DNA from: Sphaeroforma arctica JP610
Taxonomy: Eukaryota
Direction: 5' to 3'
NCBI RefSeq assembly: GCF_001186125.1
Contig: NW_014040350.1
Coordinates: 53,662 to 92,625, forward strand
Length of the DNA stretch: 38,964 nt
Under the pieces are notes generated by a model. The model did not search any database. It had not been told where the DNA came from and saw only the letters and a list, made by a program, of their open reading frames with translations. Below, piece by piece: positions 1 through 11,945 of this stretch; positions within the stretch are counted from its first letter, which is position 1; each line of letters opens with the position of its first letter. The translations under genes and the position numbers were made by a program.

Positions 1-33
<33 letters not shown>

Positions 34-244
34 TATGTATATGTATATTTGTGTGTGTGTACGAGTGTGTGGGTGTGTTTTTGTGTTTATGTTTATGTAC
101 ATTCGTATATTTGAAAGTACATATAAATATAGATATATGTGTGTGTGTGTGTGTTTGTGTTATGTAGATGTATATATAGATATAGACATATACATATATT
201 GTATGGGTGAGTATTTATTTGGTTTATGTAAAAGTATGTATATA

Positions 245-288
<44 letters not shown>

Positions 289-525
289 TATATATTGTGT
301 ATGTGTGTGTGTATCTTTTTCTTTATATTTGTATATATTCGTATGTAAGTATATATGCATGTATGTATGTATGTGTTGATTTATATATATGTATATATAT
401 GTATGTATGTATATGTATATATATATATATATGTATATGTATATGTATATGTTTATGTATGTATGTATGTATATACATATATATATATATATATATATGT
501 AAATATATATATATATATATATAAA
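1..525. repeat. Compound (TG)n/(TA)n/(TATG)n microsatellite tract
   Basis: Long dinucleotide and TATG runs seen directly; the overlapping ORFs (YIYIY/CVCV) are artefacts of the repeat. Confidence 0.95.
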
Positions 526-724
526 CGTAATTTTACATTTTTCAACCTCTGGGTTTGCACGATATTTTTCGTATGTAGGTGTGTATATAATCAATCATCA
601 AGCGCCATTATCTACGGCGGTTCATGCATGTGTTGCTTGTTTACACCTTTATTCCGTTTTGTGCATGCATATGTGCATGTATCGGTCTATCTGTGTACAT
701 AAATGATTTTGTGAGCATGTGCGA

Positions 725-1110
725 GTGTGTTCATGGTTTGGGTTATGTTCACATTTGTTACGTCATACATTCTGTTGACGAGAGATCATGTGAAGTTTTG
801 CTTCAGTAAGCATAGAGTACACAGGCATGACCATTCTAAGTTGCTACCTTAATAATGCATAGCTACTAGTCACTGTGACGTTCAGTTATTAGTGTAGCCT
901 TTGCTGAGTTAGTTTTGTGTGTTCATGGTTTGGGATATGTTCACATTTGTTACGTCATAAAGTCTGTTGACGAGAGATCATGTGAAGTTTTGCTTCAGTA
1001 AGCATAGAGTACACAGGCATGACCATTCTAAGTTGCTACATTAATAATGCATAGCTACTAGTCACTGTGACGTTCAGTTGTTAGTGCAGCCTTTGCTGAG
1101 TTAGTTTTGT
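725..1110. repeat. Tandem duplication, 2 x 192 bp
   Basis: gtgtgttcatggtttggg...gctgagttagttttgt starts at 725 and again at 917; about 6 substitutions between the copies. Confidence 0.95.
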
Positions 1111-1498
1111 CCGCCGCAGGATGGACGCAAATTACGGAAAACATTCTGTATGTTCGTTTTCTATACGAAATTATGCAAGTTTGATGAAAAATCTCTAAGC
1201 GGAAAGAAACTCCGTTATCGTGAATTATATTTTCAATCTACATGGCGTATGGACGTATCATGGGCGTGCCGCACTCCTTTTGCAACCCACGCTCTCAATT
1301 GTTATATTCTCTTTTGATACAACATTTTTTGTAATTATCGTCACACTGGGTCTCGCAGTATGGAATACATACATTGTGTATGCGCGCAGCACATTGGTTC
1401 TGGAGTACTGCTTCTAAGATAGTACCGTGCGTTCCAAACATTCTCAACCAATTCCTAGTTGAATTTAGGCAAAATTATCCGTCTTATTGCGCTTGCAG

Positions 1499-4248
1499 GT
1501 CAAAAAATGCGAGGATGGTCAGAAGAAGATTTTTGCATTAAAAATCGTGCGCCGGCCAGCGGCGCGGCATCACTTTGGATCTGCACGAAAAGCTGAATAT
1601 ATGTCTTTCCGAAACGAGGTGATGTGCTCTATGTTATAGCTCACACTGCCGTGTACATGCTATACATACCCTGGCTGGTAACTAAGTCGCTTGTCTATTT
1701 TTTAGTTGCGTGTCTGATTTTTTGCTCCAATGCTGCTGAGCATATGCGCGTGTCGACGCGACCGTTTACTACGCGAATTGTATGCAGCATGTATATGATT
1801 TGAGACAGGTTTTGTGGCGAGCTCTCTGGTTTGGTTTTTATCGAAATGATGCTTTGTGTATGTTCCTCAAGCCTATCTAAGCTGTGTTTTAGCTTCGTGA
1901 ACACTTCAGACATTTAGTCTGCGTCGCATCATGCGCAGATGAATACGCGTGTAGTAGAAATAATAGAGTTTATTATTGAGGCATTGATCTAGTCAATATC
2001 ACCACAAAAACTCCTATATTAAGCCAGGAATAATTATTGAAAGGTTTTGTATACCAATATAAATTATACTATTCCAATTTTCAGGTAGATATATGGAAAA
2101 CTCTCGATCACCCCAACGTTGTTCGCTTATATGAGGTCATTGATGATGAGAGTATTAACAAAATGTATCTAGTCATGGAATACCTATCCGGAGGAACCAT
2201 CGAGTATGCAGATGCTGAGGTACGTATTCAGCTGGCCCCTAGTATGCTGACTCATTTGATTCTTTCCATTGATATTTTTTAGCGTAACCTTTCAAAATTG
2301 ACTTCGTATTTGTCATTGTGCCTAAGATTGCTAGGTGGTCATCCCTTACACATTCCTCTAGTTTGCGTTAACTTTCATACTTTTCCGCGTGTACTTTATC
2401 ATATCATCCATGCTCAAGAAGGTAGCCTTTGCTAGCTGTGTTCATGTGACTTCTTACACCAAACTGTCTGCTTACTTGCAGGCTTACATAATTTATTCTG
2501 TCAAATGCACTAATCCACTCTCAACCCGTGTGAAGTTAAGTATTGATACTTTAGGGAGCTACTATTTTACAAGCGTTATTGTTTTTTATCGTCAAGGTTC
2601 GTGATTTTAATTTAGGTTTGAGCCACTTGTGTAAAGTTGGCGGCTGTTGTTTCTGGAACGCATCATGGCGAGAACAGGCTGGTATATATTTAGAAATTTA
2701 GCAAGCAACTGAAACTCTCGTGATTATATCTCATATAGGGACATCCGCTGCTTGATATGAAAACGACGAAACGATACTTCAAAGAACTCATGAGTGCCTT
2801 GGCCTACCTGCACAACCTGGGAATCATACACCGGGACATAAAACCAGAAAATTTACTGTTATCTGGTGAAGGGCACATCAAAATTTGCGATTTCGGATCA
2901 GCACAAGCTAGTAGCATATCGGTGCGTGATTGAATTTGTGTTGACCATAGTGTGTGTCATCGATGGTGGAGCTTTATACACAGTAAAATTTGTGATTAGC
3001 AAAAATGTGTGAATATCATTCAATTGTTTTTCTATGGACGCGGCCTTTTCGTGTTCCGTGGTTGCCATAGAGAACTCATGTAATTTTGTGAGTGATTATG
3101 TTTGGGGTACTATGTCACATTGTTCGCATTCTTACACACTTTATGAGCGTACATTTCTAAGGCAACTTATGGCGACTATGGTACGCTGTTATGGTCTATA
3201 GGTGCGACGTACGATGGGCAGTCCGGCATTCTTCGCCCCAGAGTTGTTCCTGGATGGCTCAAATGGTTATGAAACACAGTGGGAAGCTGAGGATCAGTTG
3301 ACGGGGGCTGTTGATGTATGGGCGGCCGGAATTACTTTATATCTCTTCGTATACGGACACACCCCCTTTGAGGGCTTAAGCATGGTATGCATTATCAAAA
3401 TATATTTCTTTTGTACTTGATACATTTGTTGAAACTTCAAATCCTCTGAACTGTACATGCCAGGTTCATTCATTTGCACGATGATGCATGTAACTTCAGG
3501 ATGGCATCGTGCGTAAATTTACGTCGAATTCTCTTGCGTACCGATTCCAAGGAAGGTATCAATCATATTAAACACAGATCTGTCTCGAATTACGCGTCCC
3601 ATGAGTCAGATCGTCAGCTTACCGGATGCATCGAAAAAGATGCAGTGTTAAATTTGTTGCGGAAATTGCCGAACTCTTATTTTACTTATCCCTATATCCG
3701 ATTTGTGATTCAGGCTGAATTACAACGGCAAGTGCTTAATAACTACCTGACCTTCCCCTGGGAGGTAGACCCTATGTGCCAAAGCATCATTCTGGAATGC
3801 TTACAAAAGTCTAAGGCTGATAGAATCGAAGCCTACGATGTTTTGGAGTGTGACTGGTTTCAGATGAAAGATGAGAGTGAAGTCGAGAATTGTATTGCGA
3901 ATCCTTACGTTGACTGGTAAGGGGCTACCCTTTTTTTGCTTTGTGTATTGCCGTGTCATTCTACATCGATACATGTGGATTGGTTTTATATATTTTGTTG
4001 CATTTTCTGATCCTCGCTTGTCACTTCGGCTGCCAACATGCTTTAGCATACTAGCAAAGACACTTAAGTAGACTATATTTAGAGCTCGAGGTTTTGTACT
4101 GTCATTGACTTTTCATTGCCATTCCAAACAATATATCTCCATTTACAGGCTATATGGTTTACTTCGTGCACCCTTGAAGGTGTTGGAAAGTATCTGGGCT
4201 ATTACCAAATGGGTATTCTTCGGCACGACCGATGACGATTTGGTGTAA
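1499..4248 (+). CDS. Ser/Thr protein kinase of the CaMKK/SAK1-Elm1/GRIK type, spliced; 5' (Gly-loop) exon not located
   Basis: Phase-consistent GT-AG exons: 1499-1618 (VKKC..IFALKIV), 2085-2219 ([21 protein letters not shown]), 2739-2921 ([16 protein letters not shown]), 3202-3384 ([29 protein letters not shown]), 3714-3916, and a probable last exon 4149-4248 ending in TAA. Alternatively the gene stops at TAA 3918-3920. Confidence 0.9.
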
Positions 4249-5195
4249 TGCGAACGATCGTAGCAGAGGGGTTGTCTGTGTTTCATTTCTACTGTCAGAT
4301 TTTCTCAGTATGGAGATCAGTAAATTTTGCTCAGCATCCGACCAGAAACTCCAGTATCCACTTCGTATTTTATGCCAGTACTTTGGGTATGCCTGGTCAG
4401 CTTGTGCGAGGAGAGTCAAAGTTGGAAGACCATAGTCATAAGATATTCAAATGTGACCTGTCCCGAAAAATTTAGGAAGTATGCTGGTACTCATACTGTC
4501 CATGGACACATGTGTTTACATGATATTATTTGGTAATGACTTCCACCGCTTTGAGATCCAATATGGCTGCTCGTATACCGACAATATTGCTAAACTGTTT
4601 CAGCACTTACTGGATACATCGAGTGCTTGAAAGCTGCAAAGTCAGTATGCCTCGATGTGAACCTTTTGGCAACGTATTATTTTTGGATACTTTTGTGTTA
4701 AGGTCGATGATATGCACTAACGTAGAAGTGCTCATTATATGACGAAAGACACCAACACTAAATCATACTTCAAGTCGTGTAGCAACATTTTGCCATCACG
4801 CATGGAATAATAAATAGCCTCTCTGTTGCACACGATTATATTATTCAACTTGGCTTCGCGGTCTACCCCCTGCCAAAGTACCACCCCATCCTGGAACACT
4901 ATATCTAAACTCTCGGCGAAACTCCTGCGGGAATCATTCTATCCTCTAATTATATACCGGCTTCTACAGTCAACTAGCCCTATTTAAAATGCTGTCGCCA
5001 GACGGCATCCAGTCTCGTGGGGTCGAGATTGTTTTTAATTTTTTGTTGCTAAATATGTCCTCTAACGTTCCCATTTCCTGATTATCATCATCTCATAAGC
5101 TCCGCAATGGAAGGCCCCCCTCCCTCCTCCTCCTCCTCCTCTGTCATAGATAAGGGCCGTAGTATAGCTTCCATCGTAGTTTAATTTATTTACTC

Positions 5196-6698
5196 CTAAT
5201 CCTTTCGGAGTACGTTTTCAGCACTCTCTACGGCTCGAACCTCTTCGTCGTCGTCTGCTCCGTGATCCTTCACCATCGTGGCTACAATCCAGGTAGGCGG
5301 CACGAAAGCTACAGCCAGCACTATGCAAATGATCATCTGCCATTTGTAAAGCAAGCCCTGCCACTCGAGAATCCAGGAAATACATGCACCGAATGATTGA
5401 ATACCTTTGTAATAACCAGCATAACGGGAAAGAACACGTGGTGAATTGGCAATCGCCCCCATTATCCAGTACGCATAGGTTTGTACAATAGAATCCGCGA
5501 TTCCCATGCACATGTATAAAGCCGCTGGGACCCAATATACACCGCCATCTTTATAGTTAATTAGAGGTGATGGCTGGTTGCCCTTGTCGTACCCATACGA
5601 AAATTGATACCAAGCGGCATATCCCCACTGCGCGAAATTGAATCCAGAAATAAGTAGCAAACCATACATGGCACGCTTTCTGCGTCCCATCATTTTGGAG
5701 TCCAGGAACAGGGCTCCGACTACGTACGCTCCAATCATTTGCATGCCCCAATATATAGCACTGTTTAAACCTCTGGTTTCAGCATCAAACAAGTTTCCGT
5801 TGATACCGCCAAACTCGTACGTGTAAAACCAATTCGATTGGATGATCAAAGGAGATAATAGAAGCATGTATCTGTTGGTGAATAGTTTCAGCACACTCTT
5901 TATCTCTTCAACTGGCGATGCAGCCTTGTCGAATACTACCAGCTGACCGTCCCCCTTGATGACCTTTGACGGGTGAACGATAAAAAGAAACGCAAGAACT
6001 GCACCCATAACCATCAAGCCGCAGAACATGAAGTATGTTGCTGCGTTGACACCCGCAGCGCCATCGGACCCCATGTTCATGAAGAAAGTAATGAGACCGC
6101 CAGTAACACCGCCCAGATTGAAGATTATCCAGAAGATAGCTGTGAACATTCCTTTCTTGTCTTCAGTAGAGTACGATAGCGTCATAGCGCCCTGTGCTGT
6201 CCATAGACAACCCGCTCCGATACCCAGAATGCCGGAAGCAGTAATAGCCATGGCGGCAAACGAGTCATCTTGTCCCCAGAGATAAACGGAAATGGCATAA
6301 AAACAATATGTGAGACCACCAAGGACCATGAGCAATTTGTTTCCAAGCAAATTAAATAACAGTCCTCCGAAGTATCCGAAAACAGTGAATGCGCCATACA
6401 GTGCGGCATTCATAGCAGCAGAGACGGACGGATCACTGCCTCCGGCATTGCCCAACCCTTGCATTGCATTGAACATGCCCGGGCAGCAGAAGCATACCAG
6501 ACCCGCAATAATATTCTGCGTGAACCCGCTTAAGAAAATCTTCGGTAGTGGAAAATCCAGCTTTCTTGCGAATGCGGCTGAGACATTATTATTGTCCTCT
6601 GCAAAAGTACCCCGGACATCTTGAGCATTTGTGACGATGTCTATATCTGAAGACGATGCCTTCTTATTGTCAACTTTAATTGGGTTGACTCCTGTCAT
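5196..6698 (-). CDS. UNC-93-like MFS membrane protein, intronless, 500 aa
   Basis: Uninterrupted ATG-to-TAG ORF with ~12 hydrophobic segments; family motifs CFCCPGMFNAMQGLG, LWTAQGA, SNWFYTYEF, YAGYYKGIQSFG, as in fungal/plant UNC93-like proteins. Confidence 0.9.
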   Translation of the reverse strand: MTGVNPIKVDNKKASSSDIDIVTNAQDVRGTFAEDNNNVSAAFARKLDFPLPKIFLSGFTQNIIAGLVCFCCPGMFNAMQGLGNAGGSDPSVSAAMNAALYGAFTVFGYFGGLLFNLLGNKLLMVLGGLTYCFYAISVYLWGQDDSFAAMAITASGILGIGAGCLWTAQGAMTLSYSTEDKKGMFTAIFWIIFNLGGVTGGLITFFMNMGSDGAAGVNAATYFMFCGLMVMGAVLAFLFIVHPSKVIKGDGQLVVFDKAASPVEEIKSVLKLFTNRYMLLLSPLIIQSNWFYTYEFGGINGNLFDAETRGLNSAIYWGMQMIGAYVVGALFLDSKMMGRRKRAMYGLLLISGFNFAQWGYAAWYQFSYGYDKGNQPSPLINYKDGGVYWVPAALYMCMGIADSIVQTYAYWIMGAIANSPRVLSRYAGYYKGIQSFGACISWILEWQGLLYKWQMIICIVLAVAFVPPTWIVATMVKDHGADDDEEVRAVESAENVLRKD

Positions 6699-7049
6699 TG
6701 AGATGTTGAAATATTTTATGTTACTTTCAGTATTAAAACTGTGTACCTCAGTGAATGAAGCGCTGTCTGTATATATAGCTTGCTGCGGAAACTAAAAACT
6801 ATCACTTGGAGCTGCAACTACCCGGTGTATTCGAACATCTCGCTAACAGAAAGGATTGTAAATCTGAAATCACAAATCAGCTGACGGCCTGACGCCCGAC
6901 GACGTATGTTGATTTAATTAAATATACTCTGCATAGCAAAATTGGCATTCGGATATGTACAATAAAAAGTGCGCCCTCTGACTCGCTGACTGTATTCAAC
7001 TTTTAAGTCGGGTGTATTTCAACTCCCGTCACGAGTTTCATGACGGAGG

Positions 7050-9200
7050 CAGACTTATGAGTGATGAGTGATGTGATTTGTGACCGTGATGTGTGTGAAA
7101 CTGTGAATTGTGAGTTTGTGACTGTGTGACACACTACTGTTGTGAACACAGATTGGAAGTCTTTTTATGTATATTGTTTTTAGTTTTTTTTTAAAAAGAA
7201 CTACACATACTATCAAGTAAAGATCAACAGACAGGCTGAACTTATGTGTTTACAGTAAATATTATGTAAATATTTTATTTAGCCTTGTTCTGAAAATAGA
7301 ACATTTAAAATTTCTTGTTGTGGTCGGCCAAATGATATTTTTTAAAGTGCGAATTACATACCGAAAAAGATTAATTTTCGCAAAATCGGGGTGCATGGAG
7401 GGATAATCTGGGATTAGGCTGGTTGAGAGGAAGCCAAACTGCCCTAAAAAAAATATCGTCCATTTTTGAAGTGGCCAATATTTTAATCAGTCAGAATCCG
7501 GTTTTGAAACAGGTGCAATACCTGGGTGATATTTTAGATCAGGTCTCCCTGAGCATTTTCCGCTATCAAACTCTCGAAGTACCTCGGCTGTAGCCTCCCC
7601 CGTGACAGTCCCCACTCCCCACTGTCCCCAGAGGGCCCAGTCCTTAAATACATATGAAACCCAACTATTATCCTGACTCCTGATGTACTTTTATTTAAAT
7701 ACTCTATAAAAAATACCCCATACTCCGTATGTTATTACTGGACGAAATAGAGTACTCAGTAAAAACATAGCGACTGAACTCTGAAGTGAGTGAACTGTGA
7801 AGTCTCAACTCTCAACTTCAAGTCTGAAAGTCTGAAAGTTTGAAAGTTTGAAATATAAAATCAGTAAATCACAGACTACACAGAATTCACATTTCACAGG
7901 CAGTCTTCAACTCTTCATTTATCAACTTCTCACTCTTAACTTTTCACTCTTCAGAAGTTCAGACTTCGTTTTTTTTTAGACTTCAATTGTTTCTTTTTCT
8001 GATTTTCAGGGGGCTATGATAAATACAGATGATTCAATCATACATGTGCTTCAATGCTTCGCGAGCGAGCTCCTGAGCCCTGAGACCTGGGCCAGGGGCG
8101 GCCTTCTGAGGCTATAAAAATGTAAATGACTAACTGAGCAGCGGGCTGTAAAAGCCGTCTGTATCGTGTAAAGTAAATATGTACATGTACTCAACTCGGA
8201 GCACGGATGATTGTGTCTCTCTGAGACTCTGACAATAGTCTGACAGTGACGGGGTGGAGCCGGTGAGTGGTCGCTTATGTTGTGCTACGGAGTTATGTAT
8301 GTATGTATGTACATTCACCTGACGGCGATCTGAAACTGTAGGCTCTATTTTACATCTATACTCTACTAGAGAAAAACGTTTTTTTTAAATAGAAGTAGTT
8401 AGGTGGTCTACTACTCTCTACTTTAGTAGAGAGATATAGAGAGAGAGAGAGGAGTCTACTGTCTATATAGTGTGTAACTGTGTATGTACTCTCTCTCTCT
8501 CTCTAGAGTAGGTCTCTCTCAGAGGACTCTATTTTCAGTCTGACTCAGACTGTCTGGCAACGGTTCGCCGCTCACTGTATATATATAACTACATAAATAT
8601 CACTTTTTCAATGATGACAGAAACTCACATATTTCGGTACTCGGGCCGGCTTGGTCTTACAAATCCTGCGATCCAGGACCAGGAGTCCAAGGACTTCCAG
8701 ACTCCAGAGCGAGAGCCTCAGCCGAGGTCTCGGCCCTCTGACTTCTGCGAGGATCAAAACAGTCAGACTTCAACACAGCTTATATAAATAGTCACAGTTC
8801 ACAAACTTCACAAACAGTCAAACACATACTTCAGTAATAAAAGTTCGGTCTTCACATTTCACATTTCACAGTTCACATTTCAGCGAGCTCACACTGCTCT
8901 GGTCAGCTGAGGTGAAATGTAGACCACAACACCAGGCCACACACGGGACACAGAATAATTTAGGCACAGGAATGAGTAGAGTGTAGACTACTCTCTCTCT
9001 CTCTGTGACAATTGTGACAGTAGTGACTTACAAGAGTTGTGACTGAAGTCTGAACACGCGATGTCTGAAGTCTGAACTGTTGATAGTCTGTAGAGTGTAA
9101 CTGTAAGACTGTTGTACTCTGTAGACTGTAATTTTACTGTAGACAAGACTCACTAGTAGACTACTCTAGTATTTCTTTAATAGTAGACTGTATTGAATAG
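7050..9200. repeat. Cryptically simple 'stuttering' DNA built from short tandem microduplications
   Basis: Examples: gtgatgagtgatgtgatttgtgaccgtga (~7060-7090), agtctgaaagtctgaaagtttgaaagtttgaaa (~7820-7853), ttcacatttcacatttcacagttcacatttcag (8851-8883), (CT)/(AG) runs at 8430-8520. No credible ORF. Confidence 0.65.
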
Positions 9201-9479
9201 TGAGACAACGTATTGTTTTTTAGAAAGTGTTTCGAAATTTCAAACTTTAAATTTGTCTTGTCCGGAGCAGGCGGAGTCTCCGGATAAATACTTGTTCATA
9301 CTCCTTGGTCCATACAAAATATATAACCTTTGTAGTATGGCTAGTGGGCTAGCCTGTTAGGTAATACTAAAACCGTTTATTATTTGGTAATACATTTGAT
9401 TGTCTCAAGTCCCTCTAACGTAGGGCTAGTGAGTAGAAGAGACAGACACTAACCAATTCCTCCGACCCTGTATCCAAAG

Positions 9480-9754
9480 CCGTCAAAGATGCTCATCGAA
9501 TATCTAAATCACATAGTCCTTAGTATTCGTCATTTATAATCCAGTCCAGAAGATTATGTCCTACTAGGTCATCCTCCCAGTCCAGTCCTATTACAGTAGG
9601 GCAGGGCACAGAGTAGATCATGTCCTCCCTGCAGCCCTGAACTGCTATAACTGGAAAATATATTGTGGCCTCCAAACGAACGCCAGTATAGCATTGTTTC
9701 TTCCGTCCACACATGCCTGGACCGGACGCCGAGCCGCTCATACGGAGTCAACAT
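9480..9754 (-). pseudogene. Degraded intronless ORF of unknown function, co-oriented with the peptidase
   Basis: ATG at 9754 follows an AT-rich 35-bp spacer (..caaaaaggaaATG) downstream of the peptidase stop. Overlapping ORFs 9569-9754 and 9520-9741 appear to be joined by a frameshift. Confidence 0.3.
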
Positions 9755-9788
9755 TTCCTTTTTGTATAGGATAAATAAAAATATATAT

Positions 9789-10524
9789 TTATTCCCATTC
9801 GTAGTCGGCTTGACCCAATTTCATGACCTGGTACATTTCTCGGAACAGATCGAGTACTGCGTCCTGATTCTGACCAATCCACTTGACCAAGTACGCGTGA
9901 ACCGTGTGGGTGTCCATTGTCGGATTACTGAGTCGTGCAAGAAATAAAACGTGCGTAAACAGGTAACAGTTCCCCGTCGGATCTTTAAGCCGGTCACGGA
10001 CAAAGGGGTCGAATGGTTTCATGTGGAAAAGTAATTCACTCCTTTGGACACATGAATTATTACACACCTCCCGTGTGGGAACAAAACGAAAAGACGTACC
10101 AAAATGTTCATTGTATTTTTCCGTGAGCATCGAACCAAATTTAACGTGCAGTTTATTAAAAACGTTTGCTGTTTCTCCTATGGAATCTATTGCTTCAATT
10201 GTCTCATTTTCAAAGTCTACAATCATAAGCATCACATGTCCGCTTGTCCTCGTGGGCGAACCAGTTGTGATTAAGGCAAAAGGCGTCGTACATTTGGCTT
10301 TGTCAAATTTCCGAATAACGGACGGAATTTCCTCTGCACAATCCTCTTCATCATACATTTCTAATACATACACTGGGAAAGTCACGAAACAGGATTAGAA
10401 TGTAGTTGTCCATAAAATACATGGAAACCAGTCTATGGTAGAGGAACGGGTTGTCGAATACGGTCGCATCATACATAGTGTCCCATGTTCCGGGATTGTG
10501 TATTGTTTTAGCTCCATCGTTCAT
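9789..10524 (-). pseudogene. Clan CE (Ulp1/adenain-like) cysteine peptidase domain, giant-virus-like; N-terminal part frameshifted
   Basis: ORF 9789-10385 has His50 (SGHVMLMIVD), Asp67 (IEAIDSIG), Gln114 (CVQ) and Cys140 (DPTGNC), then LARLSNP: the H-D-Q-C order of clan CE. A second frame from ATG 10524 (MNDGAK..YILILFRDFPSVCIRNV*) overlaps its start. Confidence 0.65.
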
Positions 10525-11900
10525 TGTTTTTCAAGTCTATAGTCATCATTACAGAAAAGACGATACTCGAGTAAGTCGAATGGTCGCCCCATGGTGAGTT
10601 TGACATTGTCCCTCAAACCCTCGAAATCGTTTGTATCAAAGCGTTTGCACGCATTGGTAGACACGTTGTAGTAGTGCGTGTCGTTTTGAAACGTCCGCTG
10701 ATAGAGTAGTGCGATTTCAGTAGCACAATTATTTGATGTATCCAAAATTTGGTTGTATTTTTCAACAAACGGACGATAGACCGTTTCCCGCTGTTTCATA
10801 AGCTGGTACTTGATAGTTGGTGTGGGTTTCCCCTCATCAACGCTACACGATTTTGTACACATGTTACGAGTCTCCAGCAGCACTTCTGGACGTCCACGTG
10901 TAGCCTCAATGTTTAACATGAATGTTTCGTCGTACTTGTTTCTATCGCGAATACTATATATGCAAGGGTCTTTCTTGAACACTCTTCTGAATTCTCGAGC
11001 CACCAATAATACGAACTTTCGTGTATCCGGTTTTATTATATCAACAACAACAAAAAATTGTATCGTTTAAAGAATTTCTCGGCCTCGTCTTGTTCTCTCA
11101 CTGAGGGCTTTAACGACCCGGGTGTGTCATCTACAACTCACGGCACGGGGGGTTCACATGTGTAACTGGTATGGGTACACTGCTACTATCGCCCGTGCAC
11201 TTGTTGCGAGTCGCCAGCAACCGTATCCATGATGTTATTTGTTACTGCAATATGATAGTCTAACGTGTTGTTTTTGATGGATTTTTTTGTCACGAATACT
11301 ATAGATGCAAATATCATTCGCGAACGCATTGGTGAATTTGTTATACACATCTGCTGCAAACGACCGTAGTCCCGGTTTCCTTTGATCAATATCCCTATAT
11401 ATTATCAGGAATTTCTCGATATTGTCCTTTTCTTTCGCCGATGGCTTTACCGACCCTGGGTGTGTCATCTACAACTCGCGGCACGGGTGGGTTCACATTG
11501 TAGCTGGTACTACCACATGCTTGGGCTTGGAATGTACAAACCGCAGTGTAGGGGGGCTCACCTGCGGGTCACCCGTGCTCCTGTCGCGAGTCGCCAATAG
11601 ATCACCCGGATTACCGACAGTGTCTTGAATGTTGGCTTTAATTGTACTAAAGTACTCGTCTGCCGCACGTTCGATGTATTTTTTTTGTTACGAATACTAT
11701 AGACGTACATGTCGTCCGTGAACGTGTCGGTGAAGAGGTCGAAAATACCGGAAACGTATTCACCCACACTCTCTGCCCTCATTTCGATTTCATGGTATTT
11801 TTCTACGAATATGTCGGTGTCCTTTACATATATTGACGGATTGACTAACTTGGACACAGGGGTCTTCACATGCGGGGCTGGTTTGGGGGACTTGTGATGC
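10521..11900 (-). pseudogene. Frameshifted ORF made of four copies of an unknown ~110-130 aa repeat
   Basis: Recurring motifs FVEKY/EKF..Y, F..D.[CY]+YSIR[DN] and NI..T.G.P..LL.TR..CT across ORFs 11558-11908, 11235-11468, 11186-11389 and 10521-11006; DNA-level duplication at 11114-11170 vs 11452-11509. Confidence 0.7.
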
Positions 11901-11945
11901 TCATACATATGTATTTATGTATGTGTATTTTATACTACACATCAG

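Noticed and set aside
5..702. ORFs of 105-144 aa at the window start
   Set aside because: They are translations of TA/TG microsatellite.
1110..1430. Candidate Gly-loop exon of the kinase (HIGSG at ~1390-1404; possible microexon near 1419-1426)
   Set aside because: No phase-consistent splice model gives GxGxxG; left unresolved.
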